In this document: positions 12,803 through 25,073 of the stretch, in pieces | How positions within the stretch are numbered: position 1 is the stretch's first letter | Layout: each line of letters begins with the position of its first letter | Assembly: GCA_002245135.1 (NCBI GenBank) | Contig: NGBS01000583.1 | Coordinates: 310,001-374,000, forward strand | DNA: 64,000 nucleotides | Source of the DNA: Proteromonas lacertae | Taxonomy: Eukaryota | Reading direction: 5' to 3' | Program-made: the position numbers and the translations under genes | Notes under the pieces: model-generated | Seen by the model: only the letters and a program-made list of their open reading frames with translations | The model's database searches: none | What the model was told of the DNA's origin: nothing

Positions 12803-13660
12803 TTATTCTTTCCCAAATACTTTTGTTACTATTTTCATATAATATAATGACAAATCTCTCAACAATTCCATTGGAAAGTATTGAACATCCATTGTATCCA
12901 TTGATATTTCATCATTATACTTACCAAATAATGCATAAAATGCCATACGACTAGCTTCATCATCATCATCCTTAATACCATTCTTTTGTAGAATGAATTT
13001 TATTGCTTTATAAATTTCAATTATTTCTCCTGGATTTGATGTTAATTGTTGAAGTGACAATTCATTCATATTCATATCTTTCAACTCATTGTGTTCTAGT
13101 AAATCATTCAATTCATCTATATTCTATGATTATATTCAATAAAACACATATAATACAATAATTGAACGAAGGGCATAATCAATTGAAAACAATTGACATA
13201 CTTTAGCTTTTGTAACATTATCAATGATTGAACATATTCCGCAAGTTGCTTTCTTTAGAACAGGTCTACAATCAGAAGATACTTCATTAATATGACCTGC
13301 TGCACAACATAGAATGATGAATTTAGCAGTTTTCACTACTTCTGCATTATCATATCTACAATCTACTCCTTGAGTTATATATTGCATTAATTTTTCTGGA
13401 TGTCTCGTCGATACGATAATCTGTGTTGGTTTATAACCTGATTCAATTAATTGAGCTAGAATTGCTTCTCCCATATCACCACATCCTAAAAATCCTATAC
13501 GAAATGTTGGATCTTGTGCTAGTCGTGTATTCATCAAGCAACCACAATAAAACAAACATTGACTTACAATTATTTGTTTTATTGATTTTCTCAAAGTATA
13601 CTGTGTTCTAACTTCTTCTGGTAGAAATATTTCACCTGAAAAATCTAAATTCTTGAGCAT
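12803..13660 (-). CDS. NOXRED1: NOXRED1-like NADP-dependent oxidoreductase (P5C-reductase-like Rossmann fold)
   Basis: IGFLGCGDMG...IIVSTRHPEKL...GVDCRYDNAEVV...IILCC plus the N-terminal extension match NOXRED1 better than ProC; one intron. Confidence 0.7.
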
Positions 13661-13729
13661 TTCACACAAACGTTTTTAAATAAGCTCGAGAATGGCTTGA
13701 ATTAAATTAATTTGTTATTTTATTACAGA

Positions 13730-15797
13730 ATGGAACAAAATAGTAAAGAAAAAAATCAACCAATATTAGAACTTCCAGATTATAAATTAATTTATAGACA
13801 ATTAAAAGAGAATAATGTTGATAATCTAACTCAGATTGAATTTACTGAGTTTTTTGTTAATAATTACAATTTGGATTTAGTTGGGAGATTAAATCAGCTA
13901 AATTTGTTAGAATATTGTATTATGAAACACTTTTTGTATTTCAATCTGTTATGTATATAATAATAGAATTACACTACAAAATAATCAAGAAATATTTATA
14001 ATTATTTCAAAAATAATCTATAAAAGCCAATATTCTATAGTAACAGCAAAGGTATATTGTTAAATATATTATATTTTTGTAGTGTTATGAAATAATATCA
14101 AAATTAATGCCAATAAGTGAAATATATGCTTCTTCAGCCATGTTCACAGTTATGCTAGACAGATATAAACCTTTATTTCCAAGTAAACCACAAATTCAAA
14201 TTGTATATATAAGTTTGTAACATTTATAGAATGCAAATGCCAATGACTATCCATACGTTGGATTATTCATTAGAGGAATAGAGCATGAATCACAGGAAGT
14301 TCGAATAAATGCTTTAAAATGTATAAAAGCACATTGTCTGAAATATGATTCGCTCTTTTCCAAAATAATTGAATATATACTTGATTTATTGAATGATTTG
14401 ACAAAAGATGTACAAATATTTTCAATGTCATTGTTATTGCAAATATTAAAAGAGTATTAATGTATAATATATTATTTTATAGGAAAAGTGATATGATAAA
14501 CATACAATCAATTGATCTGTCTTTCGCATTTTCATTTATCAATCATAGAGATAAGGAATTACAGTATATATTAATCTTTCATTATGTTTTATTTAGAATG
14601 ATGGCTTTTAAGTTGTTTTCATATTATACTGTGAGAAGTAAAGAAGAATTGATAGATATATTTCAACAGCTAAGTGAATTGGAGAATATAAGTGATAAAT
14701 ACAAATTATATAAATACATATTCAAATTCAGTGTAAAGAATCAAAGAATGTGTAGAGAAGTATCTTCAGTATTTATTAATTCATTAAAAGGTAGTTATGA
14801 TGTGTATATAAATAGACTAATTGCATCAATATTAGCAGGTTGTGAATCAATAACAAATAATGATGCAATAAATTCAATGATAAGAGAACATTGGTTAAAT
14901 TTCATGATAATAAATAAGTCAATTCTAACTCCATTTTTAGACATATATAAATCATATAGTTTTCCTGAAGAATTGACTATGGATAGTTTATATTCATTAT
15001 ATTCATGCTTTAAACAAGTTTCACAACTTGATATTTACAAATTTACTGCATTGAACAGATATTTTAACATAGTTATAAAGATATTAAATATCTTTCAGTT
15101 GATTAATATCAGAATTCCAGATGAAAATGAAAGACTTGAAATAAGTAATGTTGTATGTGAAGTGATTGTAGAGATGATTAATCTATTATCTCAGTACATA
15201 AAGTTGAGTGATAATTTCGGAAAACAGCTGTTGTATCTGGTTAATTCCATGCTGATGTTATACAATTCAATGCCATATAAAACAAGATCAATTTCTGTTG
15301 ATGAAATAGTAAAAGGTTTGAGTAATATGTTTGAGATTGAAATGAATTTGTCTCAAATAGCATACAACACACCTCAAGACATTAGTGAACTGATATTAAG
15401 AGAGTATAATTTCTCTTTTGTAGATTTTGTTGGTATTTCAAATAGGGTAATTAACAATCTATCATTAAGAATAAATGAATTATCATTTGTTACATTTCAT
15501 TTCAACAGTAAATATCCTTTGGACGTTATAGTTATATACGAAAACAAATATTTATTAAAATTTAATTGCCTACTACATATATTTACATCAGATGATCAGC
15601 TTAATATAATTGATTCAATTAATACAATGAATTTAAGAAGAATCGAGATGCCTTTTTACCTTTCATTAAAACAAAGAGAAAATCCAATTACCGTTACTTG
15701 CAATTTAATACCTTATTTTCCTCAGTGTATCAAAAATATATCAAATTTAGATAATTTCAAAATATTTAGTTGTAGTTATATAATTAAACCTGATTAA
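13730..15797 (+). CDS. HEAT-repeat protein, possibly Integrator subunit 4-like; a last intron may extend the end to 15863
   Basis: GLFIRGIEHESQEVRINAL...IIEYILDLLNDLTKDVQ resembles the INTS4 pattern GAFVHGLEDE..EVR...LDFLVDMFNDE. Confidence 0.45.
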
Positions 15798-15869
15798 TTT
15801 GTTATAGAACTTGTTTTAGATAAAAATAAGCAAAAATACATAACAAAATATAAAAGAAATTAAAATGAG

Positions 15870-16438
15870 TTATATATAATGCAAATATACATTCCATCTT
15901 GTTGAAAAGCATATAAACATAAACGATTGTACTACTTCTATTAGAAATGGAATAAACCTATTAACGAACATAGAAATAATGATAAATTATACGTAAAAAT
16001 CCAGAAAATAACAAAATACGATGAATAATGTAATGCTTTAACCCAGAAAAAGAACAGCAAAAAACTGGCTATAGTATGTAATATTGAATCTATTATTTGA
16101 GTATAATGTGAAGAAAATACTCAACAGATTGGCTGAAATAAAACCAGTACAATTGTAAACTAATAAAAAGAATTCAACAACCATAAAAATCATTGTAAAC
16201 ACGAAATAAGTATCAAGACTAAATTATAAATTTATAATATAATACACTTTTTGTGCTTCACTATAGTCTTTATCGTGATCTGGATGAAATGGTCTTGTAT
16301 CAACTTCTATATTCTCTGAATAGCATGCCCACGAAAAACACTAGCAAATATGAAAAGAAATGATTATACAACCAGTAAAAAGTGAACTATATATGTAGTT
16401 AATCGAATATAAACTAAAGATTTGGGAAATGTATCCAT
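15870..16438 (-). CDS. TMEM107: TMEM107, ciliary transition-zone membrane protein (5 exons, about 148 aa)
   Basis: Hand-spliced MDTFPKSLVYIRLTTYIVHFLLVCFSWACYSENIEV...MVVEFFLL...HTIASFLLFFFW...YFVIFWIFTFIPFLIEV; four TM segments with conserved R, H, E, H..AS and P...E positions. Confidence 0.85.
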
Positions 16439-16891
16439 CTATAAAGAGATAAATGGATTTTAAAATTCAAAAAAAATAGTCGTTTTCTTCAAACAAGAAT
16501 CAAACATAATTTTGTTTCTTGATTTATTTCTTCCTACAAATAATATTTTATTTATTTAATATTTTTTATATGTTCAATACAGTATCTGCTCTCCATATAT
16601 ATATAATTTAATCCATATATTAGATAAATTTACTACTATATGGTTTCTCATTGACCTGTTTAGATTAAAATGTACTAATAGTATTATTCGTATTTTATTT
16701 ACTCCAATTATTATTATTTGTGCAGATGTAAAGCAAAATTATTGTTCATATTGAAATGTTCATTATTTTAGGAGTATTTTATGATTACATTATGTAATCT
16801 GTATGGATATGATGATAAATGTTTTAATATCTTCAAGATTCTTTTGACAGAATGAAATAAAACACAAAGAATCTCTTAGATTCTCTATTTA

Positions 16892-19800
16892 ATGTTAATC
16901 ATAAGTACATTATTATTTGCAATTTTTGTCTCAGTTACTGTAGCTGAAAAAGGTTATGTTAATGTTGGTATAATAGAGAGAAATAGAAGTGATGCATTCA
17001 TTTCAAATTATGTGAAGAAGTCTAATTTAAACAACTTTTTAGGTTTTAAAATGAATCTATATAGACTAAACAATAAAAGAATATTAAGAGAACAGCCAAT
17101 AAATTACGAGTTAATAATTAATGGCCATTCAGAAGAAAAAGATATATGGTATAAGTATTGTCAATTAAGAAACACTCTTTACATCAGAAATTATGATTAT
17201 TATGAAGAAATTCCAGATTACTGTGAAAATAATGTCTTAATACCTCCCACACTCTCTACTATGGTAAATCAAAGTATAAATATATTGTATTATTGTTATA
17301 GCTATTAAATACTACTTAAATATAGATAAAACATATTCGTTCATGTTAATCACTGAATCACACAACCAACAAATTCAATAAATGGAATTATTTGCTTATA
17401 TTCTCCAGAAATATCGATAAAAATATCAAATATATCATCTATTGATACTTTAAATATTCAATCTAACACAATTTTTCTGATTATCTCCAAATATTCATTA
17501 ATTAAGGATATAAACCCAATTTTGTTTATTACATTATCTTATACAAATGTACATGTTGTTATTTTAAAGAATAATCACCATTTAATATCTCAATTAATGT
17601 CATTGAATAATCCTTTTTCTGTATTTTATTCCAGACCATCATATGAGATGCAATCCAACTATTCTGAAGATGATAATGGTATTCTATTTGCAATACAAGT
17701 TTACCTTTATTCATTAAGAAATACAAAGCCAAATAATATATTGTCATTTTTAAGAAGTAAATCCAATCACAATATATCCAATATTAATGTTACGGTTGAT
17801 AATTGTAATAATATAATAGTTCCAATAACAGTAGAACCAGTAATATCATCATTAGCTATTCCATCATCAAAAGATAAACATGTTAATATGATAGAGAAAA
17901 GTAATGATATTTCAGTGTCAATTGGTGTAATTTATACTAAAGATAAATCTATATATAAACTATCATCAGCTCAGTATCGGTTAGTAAAAGCATCTTTAGA
18001 ATATATGATTAATAACACCACTCTATTTTCATTTAAAGTTAATGTATACTATGAATGGTCAAAAAGCTTGATTGATGTTCGAAAAGCAACAGAAAGATTG
18101 ATAGATTCTCATTCTGTTGATATAATCATTGGTGGAAGTGTTGAACAAGAGAAAGATGATATTATGTATATTATAAATAAGATAGATGAAGAAGTAAGGC
18201 CTTATTTATTTTATACTGGAATGATATATAAACCAGCTTGTGATTCATATTTATTTATTTCAACAGCAACTGTAAATCAATATATCACGTCATTACTACA
18301 TTTTTCATCAATTTTAAATGACCAACTGATTTATATATTCTCTCTAGCAAATGATGACTCTAACTCTGTTTATAATCATTTGTTAAGTGAGGTGTTTGAT
18401 GGATTATCATTATCATATGTTAATCATAACTTCAACAATATAAATGATCATATTGAAGCAATCAATAAAGAGTGTAAATATTCAATAAACTGTTTGATTA
18501 TTATACCAACAAGTATGAATCAAATAAACCAAAAGATAACTGAACAGTTAATAAATGAGAATGTTACAGTTATGACGAATATCAAAATATTGCATTTTGA
18601 TGATGATGTATTATTTGATGATAGTTTCTCACAGAATGATTTAGAAGGTCAATATTTCATTACATCATATTATTACCCATATAAAACTGAGGCAAATAGT
18701 TTACCATTTTATTATAAGCCTTTTTTAGATTTCAAATCTGATGATATTAATTCCTATGTTTTACCAACTACCTTTCTTAGTGTGTTATATGTTACTTTAG
18801 GTATTAGTTATTCCACTTCAAATAATATGACTTACATATCTTCATCATTATATAGAGAACCAATCGCATTTCTTCATAAAACAGTTTATTTAGAAAGATC
18901 ACATTCTACAGCAATGCCTTTTTATCTAATACAAATCCAGAATGAAGAGAAAATAATAATAAATGAATTAACTTCACCTTTATTACCAAATCCATACAGT
19001 CCTTATGATAGTAATAATTGGAAAATGGTATGTCAATTTGATTATGTTTATGATAAATGGAATGATGATTTTATATTATATTTTATATTCTTCATAATGA
19101 ATTTTAAAAAGTCTTTAGAAAATTCATTGAAATTAATACTACCATTACAAATCCATGTTGATGAAATAAATCTGAATATGAAAAATAAAAGATATCAATT
19201 CATTGTAATTGATTCAAATAGAAATGAAAGTTTTATTGAAAATTTAATAAGAAAATATGAGCCAATATCAATTATAGGTTGTTTAGATGAAAGAGAATGT
19301 TATAAAAAAGTATCAAATATAGCAGAAAAGACAAAGACAATATTCTTTTATCCAGATACTATGTATGATAATGAATGCTCTGAATGGGTTATTAATTCTG
19401 GATTGCATTTTCCAACTTACATCAAATTTTTATTGGATTATATTGAAGGATTATCATACACTAATTTAATCATTATACAAAACACAAAGTATATATATAT
19501 AGTTTTATATATATTTATAATGTAGTATTTTACCGTTAGATAATAGTATAATAAAACTATTACAGAATAAAGAACTGAATTACACTACATCATTTTATCT
19601 AGATCATGATGAAACAAATGCATTACCTATTCAAATTAGAACAGCTTTAATATCAATAAATCATTATGTGCAAAATACTGATCTTAATTACATTGTTCTT
19701 TTTGCAGGAAATGAAGCATCAACCAAACAATTAGTTCTTCAGTTAAAGAAGTATAAAATACCATTATCACGTCTATTATTTGTGTTTCTAAACATCAATG

Positions 19801-21461
19801 AACAATGGCTTACAGTAGAAGAAAGACAATCAATTACAAGACATTTGTTGGTAACATATGATGATGGTTTAATAATGTCACACCATTATGGACAAAGTTT
19901 ATTAAACAAAATAATGGCAAAGTATTCTACTTGTAATGAAACTTTTTCTAATGGTATAATTCCTATATTCAATTCATTCATGATTACATATGAGTCTATG
20001 ATATATTTGAACGAGAATTATGAATCATGCAAAATAACAAATCATCTTATAAGAAGTGCAATGTATGAAATAAAATATGATGGTCCTGTAGGAGAAATGC
20101 ATGTTGAATACAATAATATACTCTCTCAGCCATTTCATGTAACAACATTTTCTTTATTAGGAAAAAAGATTAGTTTATATCCAGGTAGTTTATCATTACT
20201 AATACCAAAACCTATAGTTGATGGTTGTTATTATGGTCCAAAATATGAATATCAGAAGTTTGACAATAATTTGGTTATTGGATGTGTAATATCTACAATT
20301 GCAACAATATTATTCTGTATTGGAGTGATTATATTCGTATATATTAACCGTAAGAATCCAATTATAACATCGACAAGTCCAACATTCCTTTATTGTACAT
20401 TGGGTGGATGTATTTATACTTCAATAGCAGCAGCAATGTTTGCAATAGAACCAACACCAAGCAATTATATTTGTACAATAAGAATATGGTTATTAGCTCT
20501 AGGTGTTACTTTTATATTTGCAGTAATATTTACAAAGACTTGGAGAATCAATAAATTGTTTAATAATACGAAGATGATGAAATTGAATTTATCAAATAAA
20601 CTACTAATGAAAATTATTTTATATTTTATGACAGCTGTAGTATGTTTCTTAGTGTTCTTAACATTTGTCAATGAAAGCAAGTATATTTATATTCTATTTA
20701 TATAATATTCCACAATAGATTTTCACCAGAAATTAATGAAGAAAATAGTACAATTGAAATACATTATTATACATCACAATGTACAAATCCACCAGTTCAA
20801 GAGTATATATATATATATATATATATTTGTGATTATTAATGTTATAGTACAATGTTATTCTTATTCTTCATCATTATTCTGTTATATGGAATGTATGTAT
20901 CTTGGAAAGCAAGAAATGCATTTGATAAATACAATGAATCTGGAAGTATATCAATGAGTATTGGTGTTGTGTTTTTCTTCAGTGTAATTATAGTTCCACT
21001 GAATATAATAATAACAGATATGAACTCTTTATTGACAATTAGAGTGTTTGGAATTGAATCTGCAATTGTGTCGTTGATATTGTTGTTATTTGGACGTATA
21101 TTATAACTATTTGTTATTACTCATAGCTAAATATGCAAAGATATATTTGGTTGTAGATAATGAAAGTAGAAGTGAATCTGGAGGAAGTATAAGAAATAGT
21201 GGAAGTTTAAGGTCTTTAAGTCAAAAAGGAAATACTAGTGGAGTATATAAACTAGTACCAAATCAACCAACAAGATTAAGTACAATTAAAAGCAGTCATA
21301 GAAATCAATCATGTTTAGGAGCTAATTTGGAAAGAATTGATAAAAGTTCAAGAATGGACTCAGATGGAACATGTGGTAATGCAAAATGTTGCGTATTAAG
21401 TCCAGTTTCAAGAGGATCTCATCATCCATTAAGTCCAACTCCACATGCTATATCTGAATAA
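16892..21461 (+). CDS. Class C GPCR-like receptor: signal peptide, about 3 type-1 periplasmic-binding-like domains, 7TM
   Basis: RKNPIITSTSPTFL, CTIRIWL, FTKTWRI, YNES and FGPKY are 7tm_3 motifs; IIGC...FFYPDTMYDNECS is UrtA/AmiC-like. One unresolved frame break at about 17360-17381. Confidence 0.8.
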
Positions 21462-21567
21462 ATGTATTTAATTAATTGTATGTGTTTATTTGACTTTAAA
21501 TTTACATTTTTCTATTTTGTGTTTATATCCGTTTCAAAGGTACTAATTTGTTATTTAACTTTTTCTC

Positions 21568-22704
21568 ATGTCTTGTCCAACTCTTAAGCTTAATACTGGT
21601 TATGAAATGCCAATTATTGGATTAGGGTATTAGTAATACAATTTAGAATATAGAACATGGCAACCTGAACAAGGAGGAACAAAAGAAGCAGTTATTGAAG
21701 CAATTAAAGCTGGTTATAGACACATTGATACTGCTATGATCTATGGTAATGAAATGGAGATAGGTGAAGCTTTAAAAGAGTGTATTCCGAAGTATGTGAA
21801 AAGAGAAGAATTATTTATCACCACTAAATTATGGTATATTTATATGATGATAATATACTATTTATAGTGTTCATGATTATGAAGAAGTAGAAAATGGATT
21901 AAATTGTTCTTTGAAACGTTTAGGATTAGATTATGTTGATTTATATTTAGTATAATGATAATATATACTATATATAATATAGATTCACTGGCCAATATAT
22001 AGAAAACCAGTAAATGTGAAAAGAGATCCAAATGATTATGTGAATTGGATAAAAGGAAGAGATATGCCTGCAGAAACAGTACTGTATAAATAAAAGAAAA
22101 GTAATTATGATAAATAGATTTGAGAAAGGTTGGATAACTCAAACATGGAAGGATTTAGAAGCTTGTAAAGCCAAAGGATTATGTAGATCTATAGGAGTGA
22201 GTAACTTTAGTATTACAAAAATTCAAAAGATATTAGAAACAGCCAAAGTGGTTCCAGCGGTGAATCAGATTGAAATACATCCTACTTTAAGCAATAGAGA
22301 AGTTGTTGATTGGTGTCATGGAAAGGGGATTCAAATAATGGCTTATTCACCATTAGGAAGTGTTGTTAACTTCCAATTGAAGTATTTTTATTATTATAAT
22401 AATATAATATTTAACTAGGAGTGTAGAAACAAATGAGTTAGCCAATCCAGTCATTGTTGCTATTGCTAAGAAGCATAATAAGACACCAGCTCAAGTAATA
22501 TTAAGATGGGATATTCAAAGAAACATTTGTGCAATTCCGAAAAGTACAAATAAAGATAGAATTCGTCAGAATTTTGATGTATTTGATTTTAAATTAGAGG
22601 AAGATGAGATGGAAAAGATATTCACTTTGAATAAAAATGCTAGAATGTATGATGGATCATATAATTTGAAAGGTGCTTGTTCTACAGAAGAATTATGGAA
22701 GTAA
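21568..22704 (+). CDS. Aldo-keto reductase
   Basis: [59 protein letters not shown]; the D-Y-K-H tetrad is intact; five introns. Confidence 0.95.
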
Positions 22705-22823
22705 ATTAATAATATTAATTATGATATGGATGATGATAATATTAATCTCCACTTTATTCTGTTTTTTATTTCAAAAATAAACAAATACATTTTAATCAAA
22801 AATAATACAAAAAATATTTATCC

Positions 22824-24923
22824 TCAATTACTTAAATTGAATTTTTTAGAAATAGAATCTTGTCTTTTAATCATACTCTTTATCGTTCTTTCTGAAGCAG
22901 CCATTTGATTCTTTTTAATAACACGTATTTTCTCAAACTCTTCTTCTCCAAACAACTTTGGACCATATTCCTCAACATATTTCTTCATTTTAATAACCAA
23001 ATCATCTCTCAAATCTTTCACAAAGTTATTTCCTTCAGTTAATACCATCGACAAAATCAATGACCAAAGAATTCTCAATTTCTGAATTCCTACTTCAGAG
23101 AATCTTACACCAGCATACATTATAAATGGTTGAATTGATATTAAACCAAAAAATTGATTATATGTGATTTCTTTATGCCCTAAAAATACTCTATAACTAG
23201 AATAAATAGCAGCATATAAAACAAAGAAAAATGGGAAAACTATAACAGAAGCTGCCATCTATAAAGCAATATTAATATAATAACAAAAATACTTTTGTTG
23301 ATAACATAGCATCTTTACCTGATATTTTAACTAGACTCTCTTCTACATTCTTTTTAGCATTCTTCTTACCTAAAAATGAACAAATATAACCAGGAATCAA
23401 CATCAAAATACCACCAGGTAATGCAAACAAACCTAATAATAAAACATACACTAGATTCTGTATAATCATTGACAATTTCACTTTTAATGGAATATAAGCC
23501 CCATCTCTCACCATACTGTCTCTTATACCAAATGCATTCAATATTTTACGATATCTTTCACATTCTTCTTTAAATGCAATTAATTCAGGATATTCATTAA
23601 TCTTTTGATATGCTTTTGAGAAGTTAATTGTAAGCTGGACCTTATCTAATAAATTCAAATTAATATTCTTAGGAGAATATATTTGTCTAGCAATCCATAA
23701 TAAATCGTAAGTAGTTTCACCTCCATACATTTGTACAATAACATTCTTTAAACATAATTCAATATGTTGTAGTAATTGCGTGACTATTTCTTTCTTTGAT
23801 TCACTATCTTGACTGTATTTATCAACAATATCCTGAGATATTTCTATTGGATCACCGACAATGACTGTTGCTCGACTTCTGAAACGATGACCGTTAAAAT
23901 AATTCATTCCTACAGGTAATATAGTGATCTTTTTATCAGGATACTATCATTTATAATAAATTACAAAGTATATATATACTAATGATTTAAAACCTAATGG
24001 AATTACAGCACAACCTGCTTTCAATGGCAATAATTAAAATATATATTAAAGATTCATTTTATGTATTATTATATAAAATGATATTGTTGTTCTATCATGC
24101 GAACCACCTTCTGGGAATATACCTACTACTTGATCATTATTTAAACTAGCATAAACATGTTTGAATAAATCTGAATGGTTTAATTTTGGTTGAGTTTGAT
24201 ATTCTATATCTGTTATTTCATCATCAGATACTTTGTCTTTGAGTATTATTTCTGTATCACTTAATACTTCTTGAATTGCTATTTAATAAATAAAAATTAA
24301 ATTGATAATAAATATACGATATTCTTTCTTTTCAATAATTAAGAAATCTCTTGTTTTTAGTGTGGTGAAATTGGTATTTTTACCTGTTACTTTTTCACCT
24401 TCCACTGATATTGTTCCTACTCCCTTTTTAATATGATCCATTTCACGATCTATTGGGATAATTGAATTCATTCCTCTCATAAAGAAACCAATCACTGGTG
24501 CTTCAAGTGAAGCTTTTGCTCCTATCAGCCATAACTTCCGTGGGAATAATTGACTGAGTAATATTCCATCTGCAAACTGATTTCCATGTGGAGCAGCGAT
24601 TACAAATACAGGCCCTTCGTCTGGTACTTTTTCAACTCCTTGTATTTTGACTTCTACATATACAGTATAATAATGCTAAAATACCTCTGAAGAATAATGT
24701 AATTTCAATCCAATAAACCATATTGATCAGTCTTTCAAGTATTACATCGCCCATTAATGGATTAAACATAATTATAATCATAAAAACTATAAATATTTTT
24801 AAATTATTCATCTATACTAATAAAAATAGCAGGCAATGTCGAACCAATTTTTTCTAAAATGTTTCCAAGATGTACATCCCAAGAAGTCCATGTTTCGATT
24901 ATATAACTCTTAATTGAGTCCAT
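22824..24923 (-). CDS. Glycerol-3-phosphate/DHAP O-acyltransferase (Sct1/Gpt2 type)
   Basis: AAPHGNQFAD, IFPEGGSHDRTTLLPLKAG, PVGMNYFNGHRFRSRA and SLVKISGKDA motifs. Confidence 0.9.
24034..24084 (-). other. U12-type intron, AT-AA termini (51 nt)
   Basis: Donor ATATCATTT, branch-like ATCTTTAAT. Removal restores the conserved PEGGSHDRTTLLPLKAG; no GT-AG solution seen. Confidence 0.75.
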
Positions 24924-24995
24924 TTTTGAATTTGGAATATCAGAAGAACACGCGTCAGTTTATAAAAACAAAATTAAATGAAAATATTATACTAA

Positions 24996-25068
24996 TCCCA
25001 TGTAGTCTAGGTGGTTAGGACGGCTGGCTTTCACCCAGCCGACCCGGGTTCGAGTCCCGGCATGGGAA
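24996..25068 (+). tRNA. tRNA-Glu (anticodon TTC)
   Basis: Acceptor stem TCCCATG/CATGGGA, anticodon arm GCTGG-CTTTCAC-CCAGC, T-arm GGTTCGAGTCC, downstream T-runs. Confidence 0.97.
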
Positions 25069-25073
25069 GTTGA

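Noticed and set aside
12803..13660. Assignment as pyrroline-5-carboxylate reductase (ProC)
   Set aside because: It lacks the R.MPN and SPGG.T motifs and fits NOXRED1 better.
17379..17420. Stop-codon reassignment (TAA read as sense)
   Set aside because: TAA, TAG and TGA all end conserved genes at the expected positions, and long exons contain no in-frame stops.
20803..20826. (AT)n tracts, also near 10180, 41490, 42735 and 61685
   Set aside because: Simple microsatellites inside introns; no CRISPR or mobile-element structure.
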